The notes under the pieces: generated by a model
Database searches by the model: none
Told to the model about the DNA's origin: nothing
What the model saw: the letters and a program-made list of their open reading frames with translations, nothing else
Translations under genes and position numbers: made by a program
Shown here: in pieces, positions 20,553-29,985 of the stretch
How the letters are laid out: every line of letters begins with the position of its first letter
Position numbering within the stretch: position 1 is the first letter of the stretch
NCBI GenBank assembly: GCA_937143345.1
Contig: CAKZRD010000019.1
Location: 9,116-73,115 of the forward strand
Reading direction: 5' to 3'
DNA length: 64,000 nt
DNA from: an uncultured archaeon
Lineage (GTDB): Archaea; Nanobdellota; Nanobdellia; Pacearchaeales; GW2011-AR1

Positions 20553-21131
20553 TTATATCTTTATTTTATAAACAAAAACTTTATCGTATGGGATATAAAG
20601 AGAACAAGTTTCTTTTATTGAAAGATTCTCCATTAATCTCCTAAAAAGACGGATAGAATTTCCGTGAGCTGAAATTGCAACATTTAATTTTTTTTCTTTT
20701 AATAAATTTTTTAAATCACTTATAAAATTTTTAACTCTTTTTTCTACATCGACAAAACTCTCTCCGTTCGGTGGTCTCGCATTCCATCCTCTATGCCACT
20801 CGTCGTATTTTTTAACTCCGAATTTTTTAACAATTTCCCAATGAGTTTTTCCAACTAAATCTCCATAACTTCTTTCTATCATTCTATTGTCTTCAATTAT
20901 CTCTTTACATTCTTGATGGTATTTCAAAACTTCTTTTAAAGTATCTTTACTCCTTGATAAAGAAGTACAAAAAGCTAATCCAATTTTTTCTTTTTTTAAT
21001 CTTTCTGCAACAATTTTTGCATCATCTGTCCCGGTTTTTGTTAATTTGGCGTCAAAAAAACCTGTAAATTTGCTGTCCCTATTAAAATCTGTTTGACCAT
21101 GACGAAAGACAAATATTTTAACTTCTTTCAT
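20553..21131 (-). CDS. Histidine phosphatase / dPGM-family phosphoglycerate mutase
   Basis: FRHGQT, ERSYGDL, PPNGES, AHGNSIR. Confidence 0.9.
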   Translation of the reverse strand: MKEVKIFVFRHGQTDFNRDSKFTGFFDAKLTKTGTDDAKIVAERLKKEKIGLAFCTSLSRSKDTLKEVLKYHQECKEIIEDNRMIERSYGDLVGKTHWEIVKKFGVKKYDEWHRGWNARPPNGESFVDVEKRVKNFISDLKNLLKEKKLNVAISAHGNSIRLFRRLMENLSIKETCSLYIPYDKVFVYKIKI

Positions 21132-21191
21132 AAAAAAAAGAATATAAAAGAATATAAAAAGCTTTTTATATAAGAAGAGGATTGAAAATAT

Positions 21192-21479
21192 ATGATAAAC
21201 TGGATTTTAATAATAATTGCTTTTTTAATAGTGCTTTCTTTTTTGAAAGTTGAACATTTTACAAGAATTTTTATTTTTATTTTATTATTATCTTTATTTT
21301 TATTTTTATTTTTTTCTTTTAATAAAATGATTAAAAGAGGCGAAATTTCTTTTGATTCTCCTCGTTCAACTTTAAATGCGTTTATAACTTATGGAAGATA
21401 CATTGAAAACGAGACAAAAAATATATTCAATACAACAAAAAAAGGAATAAATTTTGTTGGTGATGTTATAAGAGGTTAG
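21192..21479 (+). CDS. Small membrane protein
   Basis: 95 aa with two N-terminal TM helices. Confidence 0.65.
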   Translation: MINWILIIIAFLIVLSFLKVEHFTRIFIFILLLSLFLFLFFSFNKMIKRGEISFDSPRSTLNAFITYGRYIENETKNIFNTTKKGINFVGDVIRG

Positions 21480-21985
21480 GATTTTATTTTCATTCCGATA
21501 GATATTTTGCCAAGTTCGCAAAAATTATAAACATATTCTTGGCTGTCTTTTATTTTCTTACAAATAGAAACATAGGAAGAGTATTCCATTTGTTGGGTTT
21601 GTTCTGGATTTTCATAAACCTTATAATAATTACATCCTAAAGAAGGGCATTCTTTCAATGTTGAAAAATTTCCTCCTATCTTAAAAATCCTTATCGAAGA
21701 TATAGGCCAAAATTCTGAATAAAGTTGATTTATTTCTTCTATCTTCATCACAAAAATTTTATCTTCATCAATACAAAAAGAGCTTCTTTCAGAACAAGAG
21801 AACTCCGGCAATTGGGAAAAAGATTCTAAAATGTTTAAAACTTGTTCTCTTTCTCTTTCTTGCGCGCTTGTCCTCATTTCTCCTAAAAAAACCTGTAAAA
21901 GAAAAAGCCCGACTAATGTAAAAAAGAAAAAAACTGCTAATATCATAAATGCCATTTGTTGAATTCTCATCTGAGATTTTTTCAT
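21476..21985 (-). CDS. Pilin-like protein (class III signal peptide)
   Basis: MKKS|QMRIQQMAFM plus hydrophobic helix; start at the ATGA overlap with the upstream gene. Confidence 0.75.
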   Translation of the reverse strand: MKKSQMRIQQMAFMILAVFFFFTLVGLFLLQVFLGEMRTSAQEREREQVLNILESFSQLPEFSCSERSSFCIDEDKIFVMKIEEINQLYSEFWPISSIRIFKIGGNFSTLKECPSLGCNYYKVYENPEQTQQMEYSSYVSICKKIKDSQEYVYNFCELGKISIGMKIKS

Positions 21986-22929
21986 TCCGACCATAGTTTG
22001 CATTGTGTTCTCTCCTCCAATTCTTTTAATAGTTTAGAGATAGAATAAATTTCATCTATGTTTTTTGAATTAAAACATACATTTCTTAGTTCAATTAAAG
22101 TATCTTCTAAATTCGTAGGGCAATTTCTTGAAGACATTCTTTCTGATTTTTCTTTATAAATTAAAGAAAGAACTCCTGCTTTGTAAAGAATTCTTTTTAA
22201 GTTGCATTCATAAATTTCTTTATCTGAAAAAATTGCCGGATACAAAAAGTTTCCGACATAATCAATCCTTTCTCCTTCTTTTATGACAAAACCTTTTTCA
22301 TATTTGTCATCACACCATGATTCTATGCAATCACTTATTATTGTAATATCGCATTTGGTACCATAATTAAAACAAACCTTTATTGAATTTTTAGTACAAT
22401 TATCTTCTCCGAAAATTGCTTTATCTCCTAAAACTGAAATATGTGTTTTGAAAGAAGGAAGGTCCTCATAACCTTCAAGAAAACAAAACTCTCTCGAATC
22501 AATAATTAAAACATCTGTTACTTTGAAGCCGAAATTTATCGGAATGGAAAAAAAATAAAACTTTTTAGAAGGTTCTTTTGAAAAATAAATATATTTGTCC
22601 TTTATCGTTATTTCCTCTCCCAATATATTAAAATCCTCGTTTAAACCTCTTATTTGTTTTGCTGAAAGTTTTTGATAGCCGAAATTTGACGAATCACAGA
22701 AAGAGTCAAAAACAATCTCTCTTTTTGAAGATAATACTCCTTTTGAAGAAGATACGAAACCTGCTTGCATTGGGTCTAAAAAAACAGAAACTTGTTTTGT
22801 TAATTCTGTATCTTGATAAAATTTTATTGTTGTTCCTGTTCTTACTGCAGCATAAATCATTAAAACGAGAATTGCACTTCCTGCTAAAATTGCAAAAAGC
22901 CAAACAAAATTAAAATCTCCTTTTTTCAT
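21982..22929 (-). CDS. Pilin-like Cys-containing protein
   Basis: MKKG|DFNFVWLFAILAG plus hydrophobic helix. Confidence 0.7.
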   Translation of the reverse strand: MKKGDFNFVWLFAILAGSAILVLMIYAAVRTGTTIKFYQDTELTKQVSVFLDPMQAGFVSSSKGVLSSKREIVFDSFCDSSNFGYQKLSAKQIRGLNEDFNILGEEITIKDKYIYFSKEPSKKFYFFSIPINFGFKVTDVLIIDSREFCFLEGYEDLPSFKTHISVLGDKAIFGEDNCTKNSIKVCFNYGTKCDITIISDCIESWCDDKYEKGFVIKEGERIDYVGNFLYPAIFSDKEIYECNLKRILYKAGVLSLIYKEKSERMSSRNCPTNLEDTLIELRNVCFNSKNIDEIYSISKLLKELEERTQCKLWSE

Positions 22930-22958
22930 AAAGCTTAAAACAAAATATCTTATTTAAA

Positions 22959-23456
22959 TTATTCTATGATTACAAATTTATCATAAATTCTTTTTGTAAA
23001 CTTTAAGTTTTCTTCTGCATAAACGCAATAAGGGTTCTTTGATTTAATTATTTCATCTATTTTAATGCGATTTATTTTTTTATAAGGGATATTACAAGCA
23101 GAATTGTATGGTATCAAAAAAACATTAGCATCTTCAAATTCAAAATCTGCAATTTCTTCATAATCTTCTCTATTTGTTATTGTTGAAGATAAATTCGCAA
23201 AACAAACTTTTTCTATTTCTGAAGGAAGATTTATTTTAAACTCTTTATTCTCAACAGAAGAAGCATAAAAAACCTTATCAACTTCCCTTTGCAAAGAATC
23301 ATAAAAATTGCCTATTTGAGTGCATTTGCTTATTTTAAAAAATTGTCTTATTCCGAAAAAAGTAGCTCCTATAAAAATAATTATGAGGAAAATCGCGAAT
23401 ATAACTCCAAAGGACATACCCATCGGGCCTTCTTGTCCTTTTTTGTTTTTTTCCAT
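22959..23456 (-). CDS. Pilin-like protein
   Basis: NKKG|QEGPMGMSFGVIFAIFLII. Confidence 0.72.
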   Translation of the reverse strand: MEKNKKGQEGPMGMSFGVIFAIFLIIIFIGATFFGIRQFFKISKCTQIGNFYDSLQREVDKVFYASSVENKEFKINLPSEIEKVCFANLSSTITNREDYEEIADFEFEDANVFLIPYNSACNIPYKKINRIKIDEIIKSKNPYCVYAEENLKFTKRIYDKFVIIE

Positions 23457-23566
23457 TTTTATGAAAAGAACTAAGAGTTTAAAAGAGTTTTTATCCTTCG
23501 GTGTAAGTTTTTTATAAAGAAATTATCTTCACTTCAAAAGGTCTCATTTGCTGATTGAAATTTAAC

Positions 23567-26500
23567 TTAAAATAAGAAGTTTTTCCTCGGTCTAACTATT
23601 AAAGAACAACCTATTGGCTCATTTCTAAATTCGTCTCTGCATTTTATATAATAGGTTTTTTCATTATCCCAAGCAGTAACATGGACAGGAGAATTTGAGT
23701 ATGGCATCAACGTTCCTTCCTCGAATAAATAATCACAACTTTCTGTTGAATAAACACAATCAGATCTTCTGAATGTGACTATTTTTAAATAATCATCTTC
23801 ATGATAAGCTCTTGCAATAACAGGGGAAAAGGTATCTATTTCAAGTTCAAATTGTGCTTCCGCTTCCGCCAAATTTCCTCCTCCGTCAATGCATTTAATA
23901 TAATATTTATGAACTCCGCTGAAAAGATCTAATCTTTGCTTGCTTACTCCATCTGCTTTGTTTGTGTCAAAGAAAGGAACAAAACTCTTTTGCTCTCCTG
24001 TAAAAGAATAGAAACAAGTAGCTTTGTTGTTGTCGCAACCGAAGAGAGTTTCAACAGTTAAATTAACTGGCATCGGAGAAATTCCTCCATATATCGTTAT
24101 GTTGTTTGGAGAAATTGACTTAATTTTTAAATGGTTTGAACCACGAACTTTATAATTGAATGAATTTGCCATTGTATTTCTTTCTTTTTCTGGCATTCCG
24201 GGATTGTCTTTGCATTTTATGTAGTAATCTGTGCCGTCTCTTTTTACTCCTGTCAGATTCGCCCTGCAAGTATATAATAACAATGAATTTATTTCAAAAA
24301 CATGTTGTGTGCAAGACATATTGTAAGTCATTTGTTCAAAAGTTCTGTCATTAAAATCCCATTTACATTCTGCAGGCTCATCTGTGTAAAACTCAACTAA
24401 TGAGTGATTTTGATCAGCTGTGACACAACTTCCGCTTTCAACAGAAACTGCTTTGATTTGTGGTGGTGTATTGTCTGGCTCATCATCTACACAAAACCTA
24501 ACAGAATAAGGAACAGTGTTTAGATTTCCTTTTGCATCTCTACACATTAAATAAAGAGTCATTTCTTTTCCCATTTCCAAAGTTAAAGAAGAATTTTTAA
24601 GATCTTTTGCTCTTGGAACATGAAGAATTTCTGTGAAATTTTTTCTGTAAGTGTTGTCTCCTCCCATAAAAGAAAGCATTTCTTCAAAAGAATTTTTCTT
24701 TTCTAAATCTATTTTGCATTGTGCTGGTTCGTTTGTTGTTACGCCAAATTGTATTGGTGAGAATGCTTTAATACATGCATTTAGTCCTTCTGTTCTTATT
24801 ATTTTAAAGCCAGGTCCTGGAGGAGAAGTCCTGACATCTGTGTATGTATAACCTTCTGTTAAAACTTCTTTCCATGGAGTAATTACTGGTGGGGAAACCT
24901 CTCTTGTGCTGTTATCAACACAAATTCCTCCTTTTTCTCCTTGACTAATAAAAGCACATGTTTGACCTAGAGATTTACAACGATATTCTGAACAAGGCAA
25001 TTGGTCGTGATTACACAACTCACAATCCTCTCCTCCGTGTGGCGCTTGCCAAGGAAGACATTTAAACTCTACTCGCTCTTCGAACTTTTCTGTTTTTTCA
25101 TAATTCTTAACATAATGATACCAGGCCACACCGACACCTATAGCTATTGGAACAAATTTTTCATAGAAACCTGCCCCTAATTTTTCACCAAAACTAAAAA
25201 ATTTATTTTTTGCTGCCAATTGAGCTAAACTTTTTTCTTCATTGGCAGATCCAAACCATTTAGCAGTCATAATTCCCCTCATAGTATTAAAAGAGGTAAC
25301 TCCGAAAAAAATTGCTTTTTTTATTGTCTCAACTTGCCCTTCATCTGTTCCAGCCATTTGTGCAACAAACCCTGCGAATTCTGAAACTACTTTTCCCCAT
25401 AAAAGACCTTCTGCTAAATGATAAACTGGCCAAAAAAAACTTTGGTTCTGGGTTATATTCCATCCCAATCCTGGAATTCTTCTTGGGGGATGATCGCCGG
25501 GAGGAAGGGTGGGTTCTACTTCTCTTCCGCCTACGCTACTCACCGCAGTTGGTGCTCCTGATGGTCCACTATTATGTACAAGCACTCCCTCGGCAAAAAA
25601 CCACTTTCCGCCCAAATCCAAATCATAAACATCTATTGGCTCATCTAAGACAACTTTCTCAATACTCTCAATAAAAACCTTCTCAGAATTTATTCCTTGT
25701 AAATAATCTCCGACAACCGCGTTCCCGATAGGTTGCCATTTTCCATTCAACAAAACCTCGTGATTAGGAGTAATCTCTAAAATTTTATTAACAATCAAAT
25801 ACTCGGATTTCCAAGAAACAATAACATCTCGAACAATTTCTTTAGTCAATTTCCCTGTTTCAAAATCATAAGATAAAACTTCTTCTCCTGGTTTTATGGA
25901 GGAGATGGGTTTTGTTGATAAATCTGCGAGTGAAATACTACTACTTAAACAAGTTCCTGGCGACTTAACTTCCTGAGTTTTACCACCCAAAATATCCTTT
26001 AAATAACTAGTGTCTTGAACAAGATTACCTTCCACCAAACTAAAAACCTTATTTGGATTTCCATCGTCTCCAAGAGAGTATAATGCAATAATTTTCTTGT
26101 CACTCCCTATAGAAATCCTATTAATTCCCTGAGAAACTGCCTGTCTATATAAATCGTCCGAAAGCAAATCTAAAAAATTAGCTTCCTGAATAGTATATTC
26201 TGTCGCATTAACCATCCACATCCCACCAATCAAATAAGCAAAGCTAACAACTCCAAGAACCAACATTCCAATCTGCATAAAGCCCAATCCTTTTTTATTA
26301 ATCATTTCCCCTAGTCTCTCTCTCTCGAGATTTAAATTTAGTTCTTCAAGCATTTCATCAGTTAAATATGTTCCATCGGATAGATAAGGAAGAGAGATTT
26401 GAGTTTTGGGGGAAAGACAATTATCTTTTAATCTTTCAGTTCGTGGAATCTTTGAAGAACCATCTATCGATAAAGATTCATAACTAAAAGCTTTTCTATT

Positions 26501-26725
26501 AATATCTACCAAATCTGCTGATTCATAAAAATCAAAAAGCCCTGTTTGTTGATTATAAAATGCTAAATAAACCTTATCTCCAATAATTACATCACCATGA
26601 TAACTTAACATCGATTCTTTTTCATTCGTACTCCCAATTCTAATAAACCAAACCATCGCAACAACAGACAAAACCAACATTAAAACAGAACTTACAGAAA
26701 AAATCTTCGCTATTTTGGTTTTCAT
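23567..26725 (-). CDS. Large secreted Cys-rich protein with Hint domain, hydrophobic helical region and four C-terminal Ig-like repeats
   Basis: 1052 aa. Two signal-like segments (aa 1-30; MINKKG...SFAYLI from 26305); Hint domain aa 259-385; C-terminal half homologous to 29986-34068 (PCSEYRCKSLG, ITPWKEVLTEGY, YYIxCxD repeats); SD GAGGTGA upstream. Confidence 0.85.
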   Translation of the reverse strand: MKTKIAKIFSVSSVLMLVLSVVAMVWFIRIGSTNEKESMLSYHGDVIIGDKVYLAFYNQQTGLFDFYESADLVDINRKAFSYESLSIDGSSKIPRTERLKDNCLSPKTQISLPYLSDGTYLTDEMLEELNLNLERERLGEMINKKGLGFMQIGMLVLGVVSFAYLIGGMWMVNATEYTIQEANFLDLLSDDLYRQAVSQGINRISIGSDKKIIALYSLGDDGNPNKVFSLVEGNLVQDTSYLKDILGGKTQEVKSPGTCLSSSISLADLSTKPISSIKPGEEVLSYDFETGKLTKEIVRDVIVSWKSEYLIVNKILEITPNHEVLLNGKWQPIGNAVVGDYLQGINSEKVFIESIEKVVLDEPIDVYDLDLGGKWFFAEGVLVHNSGPSGAPTAVSSVGGREVEPTLPPGDHPPRRIPGLGWNITQNQSFFWPVYHLAEGLLWGKVVSEFAGFVAQMAGTDEGQVETIKKAIFFGVTSFNTMRGIMTAKWFGSANEEKSLAQLAAKNKFFSFGEKLGAGFYEKFVPIAIGVGVAWYHYVKNYEKTEKFEERVEFKCLPWQAPHGGEDCELCNHDQLPCSEYRCKSLGQTCAFISQGEKGGICVDNSTREVSPPVITPWKEVLTEGYTYTDVRTSPPGPGFKIIRTEGLNACIKAFSPIQFGVTTNEPAQCKIDLEKKNSFEEMLSFMGGDNTYRKNFTEILHVPRAKDLKNSSLTLEMGKEMTLYLMCRDAKGNLNTVPYSVRFCVDDEPDNTPPQIKAVSVESGSCVTADQNHSLVEFYTDEPAECKWDFNDRTFEQMTYNMSCTQHVFEINSLLLYTCRANLTGVKRDGTDYYIKCKDNPGMPEKERNTMANSFNYKVRGSNHLKIKSISPNNITIYGGISPMPVNLTVETLFGCDNNKATCFYSFTGEQKSFVPFFDTNKADGVSKQRLDLFSGVHKYYIKCIDGGGNLAEAEAQFELEIDTFSPVIARAYHEDDYLKIVTFRRSDCVYSTESCDYLFEEGTLMPYSNSPVHVTAWDNEKTYYIKCRDEFRNEPIGCSLIVRPRKNFLF
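24849..24874. repeat. 26-bp exact direct repeat (copy 1) shared between paralogous giant proteins
   Basis: TAACCTTCTGTTAAAACTTCTTTCCA, identical to 31265-31290. Confidence 0.85.
25571..25951 (-). other. Hint / mini-intein-like domain (127 aa, no endonuclease)
   Basis: C1 (CLSSSISLAD), block B ITPNH, block F VYDL, terminal VHN followed by Ser +1. Confidence 0.9.
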
Positions 26726-26829
26726 TTCTTCACCTCTTTAATTATTTGTTTTAATAAAGGAACTTTTTTAATTAACAACCGTGATTTATGAAAATTCGCC
26801 ATCTGATAATAAAATAAATCCTTATTCAT
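26722..26829 (-). CDS. Possible 35-aa basic peptide coupled to the Hint-containing gene
   Basis: MNKDLFYYQMANFHKSRLLIKKVPLLKQIIKEVKK*; its TGA overlaps the downstream ATG (ATGA). Confidence 0.3.
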   Translation of the reverse strand: MNKDLFYYQMANFHKSRLLIKKVPLLKQIIKEVKK

Positions 26830-26901
26830 ATTAAACCTTAGAGCTTGTTTTTTTATTTTTTAATAGTAGAATAATTATTTCGAATGTTATGTTCTTTCTA
26901 G

Positions 26902-29187
26902 TCATCTTTTCTCCTCTACAATAAATTTAATTCCTGTTCCATAATCTCCGAGTGAAAGCCCTTTTTTTGAACTCCCGCCAGAAACAATTCGTTCTGGAAG
27001 ATCTTTTCCAGAAATTTTTTCCCATAGTTTTTGAGAGAAAGATTTTTCTTCTTTTATTTTTTCGTATTTAATTTCTTGAGGAAAACTTAATTTTTCAACT
27101 TTGACCTCTTCCCCATCCCTAGCAATGATTAAATCACCTTTTTTTAATTCCTCTATTTGTTTTAAAGAATATTTTTCTTCGTTTTTTAGCAGAACAAAAC
27201 TTCCTTTATTTATTTCTATTTTATCATTGATTAAAATTTTGTTTTTATTTTCCTTTATAACGAAAGCTGTTCCTCTTTTAGCGTGGCCTTGGTTTATTCC
27301 ACCTAATAAACTAAATGAAGAATTTTTATATTTCCAAGAATATCCATCGTCGGTATATTTGTCATTTATATTTACATTTGCCCCGCAATCTCCGATAGAT
27401 GTACAAATCGCATTTACTTTTTTAGCCCAATCTGCTTTAGGTATAAGCGAATATTCTTTTGAATTTCCAGAGGGTGCTTTTCCGCCTTCCCATTCTAAAC
27501 ACTCGCTTTCAATCTCTATTCCGCTTTCATTAATCATCTTGAAATTATACTCTTTATCTCCAAAAGGTCCAGCTAAACTTTCGTATTTTTCAGTTCTTAA
27601 TATTGTCACCTTACAAACAGCACTTGCTATCTCGCAATTCCCTTGTCCAAGCCAAAATTTATTACCTGGGGGGATTAAAGGAACACAAATTCCTCCCTCG
27701 TCTTCCTCGCTTTTATTGAATTTTGTAACTTTGTTTAAAATATCATAATCAAATTCCCAAATTCCTTTTCCGCTTGAAACAAAAGGTGCTAAAGCATTTG
27801 TTGTTATAACTTTTCCTGCCGACATGGAACCGAAAGCACTGGATGCTTGTTGTGCTAAACCTATTCCTTGCATTGCGTTATCAAAACCTGATTGTTTGCT
27901 TGTTGGATTTTGAAATTGCGAAAAAGAATTTGAAAAAGAAGATTGCTGTTTATTCCAATTTAATCCCTCTACATCATCAATCCAAATACAATCTCTTACA
28001 TCTATATTTTCACAATCTCTCTTTCTCCATTGCTGAACACAATCTTGCCATCTATTTACTCTACAGGCAGCAGTTGAAAATTCTCCAGAAGAAGTTTGGA
28101 TTCCTGAATGTATGCAAATTTGGTTTCTAAAATCAGCACAAGGGTCACTAACGACTTCCCCGTCTATACAAATTTGTCTAAAATGCCTTGAACCAGCTTT
28201 TTCATAGCCCTTTCCTGGCTCTATATCATAAACACACCAGCTCTCACCATTTATTCTTGTTTTTCCACTCATGTCTTTACAGGTTGTTCTTTTACAAATA
28301 AATTCTCCTTCTTTCCCTAGATTTGTTTTCTTCCCATCTTTGCTTGAACAAATACTTCCTAAAAGATAATCACAATTTCCGCAAGAAGTACTTCCGTCAT
28401 TACGAGGACAAATAGTATCTGGGTCTGCAACTCTACCTTTATTCCAGGACTTATCTTTGTTTGAAGAATAAACATTCTCCCTGTTCCCGCAAGAGTCAAA
28501 CCAATAAACTTTTCCTTTGTAGCAACCAACATAATTTTGTCTGGCACATTCTGTATTTAATTCTTCAGCAGAACAAAGAACATTTTTATAAAATTTTTTT
28601 CCTGTTTCTTGCTCTAAAATTGATTTGTTTACATTTAAAGCGATAACTCCATCTCTTGCTCCGCAATCTTTTCTCGTCGTAAATTTACACTCATTAACTC
28701 CTGTTCCTGTATAGGTAACACAAGCCCCCATATCTTGCCCGTTGGCTAAAAAAATACATTCTGATTCGTCAGTTACAGATGTCTTAAACTCCATCGTTAT
28801 TCCAAAGTATGTTGAAAGTTTTTTACATCTTGCTAAAGTAACTAAAGCAGCTTGGTCTGAAATTAAACAACAACCTAGACGACAAGTTGGAAGTTCTGAA
28901 GCAGATTTCTCACTCCAAGTTCCGTTTCTTTCTTGACAGATTTTTTGTGGAACATTTTCCATACAAATTCCTTCCTTTGTGTCATAACAAGTTCCCGTTT
29001 TACAGAAAGAGGTCTGCGCACAAGAAGAAGGAGCTATTCTGAAAGAAGAATCACATTCATTTTCTTGCGCGTTTAAACAAAATCCTCCACTTTTTGTTTT
29101 CTCGCAACAAAAGGAAGGAACAGAAATTATTGCAGAAGAAAAACTAATAAAAAAAAATAAAAATAATAAAAATATTGTTTTATTCAT
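26902..29187 (-). CDS. Secreted Cys-rich protein, paralog of the N-terminal half of 29986-34068, with degenerate Hint-like tail
   Basis: Signal MNKTIFLLF (ATGA overlap with upstream pilin); shared motifs LGCC, DSCGN, CGNCDY..GSIC, GESWCVYD, GSRHF, CADF. Confidence 0.85.
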   Translation of the reverse strand: MNKTIFLLFLFFFISFSSAIISVPSFCCEKTKSGGFCLNAQENECDSSFRIAPSSCAQTSFCKTGTCYDTKEGICMENVPQKICQERNGTWSEKSASELPTCRLGCCLISDQAALVTLARCKKLSTYFGITMEFKTSVTDESECIFLANGQDMGACVTYTGTGVNECKFTTRKDCGARDGVIALNVNKSILEQETGKKFYKNVLCSAEELNTECARQNYVGCYKGKVYWFDSCGNRENVYSSNKDKSWNKGRVADPDTICPRNDGSTSCGNCDYLLGSICSSKDGKKTNLGKEGEFICKRTTCKDMSGKTRINGESWCVYDIEPGKGYEKAGSRHFRQICIDGEVVSDPCADFRNQICIHSGIQTSSGEFSTAACRVNRWQDCVQQWRKRDCENIDVRDCIWIDDVEGLNWNKQQSSFSNSFSQFQNPTSKQSGFDNAMQGIGLAQQASSAFGSMSAGKVITTNALAPFVSSGKGIWEFDYDILNKVTKFNKSEEDEGGICVPLIPPGNKFWLGQGNCEIASAVCKVTILRTEKYESLAGPFGDKEYNFKMINESGIEIESECLEWEGGKAPSGNSKEYSLIPKADWAKKVNAICTSIGDCGANVNINDKYTDDGYSWKYKNSSFSLLGGINQGHAKRGTAFVIKENKNKILINDKIEINKGSFVLLKNEEKYSLKQIEELKKGDLIIARDGEEVKVEKLSFPQEIKYEKIKEEKSFSQKLWEKISGKDLPERIVSGGSSKKGLSLGDYGTGIKFIVEEKR

Positions 29188-29951
29188 GGATATTCTCCTG
29201 CTGCTGGCCAAGGATAGCTCCTCACAGCGAAGTTAAATTTAATTTTCTCATTTTTTTCTATGACTGAATAAACCTTAACTTCATTATCTGTTCTTGTCTT
29301 TAAAATTTTTATGTTTGGATAAAAAAACATTTGTTGCATTTGTTCGCTATCTCCGTAATATGTTTCAAATTGAATTAAAGACGTTGCTATCATCAAAACT
29401 TCGTAAAGATTTGTTTTGAAATTATAACTTAAGTTTTTAATTGAGGAAGAAGATTCTCCGTGTGAAATTTTTGCTGGAGCGTTTATCTTAATTTTGATTT
29501 CTTTAGGTTCTATTGATACAGAATAAGAAATTTCTCCTTCTTCAACATCTATTCCTCTTCTTTTTAACTCACTTATAGATTTTTTATAACATTTTTCAAA
29601 ATCTTCTTTAATTAATTCTTTCAGTGATTCTTCAAACCTATCTTTTAAAAAAGGTTCTTGATTAACGCAAGGTGTTAGATATTCGTTTGTGTAACATAAG
29701 AAAGTATAATTTTCTCCTTTATAAAAATGAACAAATTTTGGCTCTAAAAATCCTGCTGTTTGAGCAAGAGATTTTATTTTTTTAGAAAGGCTATCATCTA
29801 GACAGCTCTCAAAACTTCTACTAAAACCAAGCGGTAAAGTTAAACCTCTTATAAATTCTGGTTTAAAATAATAAAAAAGAAAAAAAATGCTGAAAATGAA
29901 GATTAACCCAAGTATTATAAATAAAGTAACTTGTCCCCTTTTATTCTCCAT
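29184..29951 (-). CDS. Pilin-like protein (class III signal peptide), paralog of 34065-34829
   Basis: NKRG|QVTLFIILG; CYTNEYLTPCVNQEP; KVY...KFNFAVR. Confidence 0.8.
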   Translation of the reverse strand: MENKRGQVTLFIILGLIFIFSIFFLFYYFKPEFIRGLTLPLGFSRSFESCLDDSLSKKIKSLAQTAGFLEPKFVHFYKGENYTFLCYTNEYLTPCVNQEPFLKDRFEESLKELIKEDFEKCYKKSISELKRRGIDVEEGEISYSVSIEPKEIKIKINAPAKISHGESSSSIKNLSYNFKTNLYEVLMIATSLIQFETYYGDSEQMQQMFFYPNIKILKTRTDNEVKVYSVIEKNEKIKFNFAVRSYPWPAAGEYP

Positions 29952-29985
29952 TTTTTTAAAAAGAAAATTAGGTTTATAAATTCTT

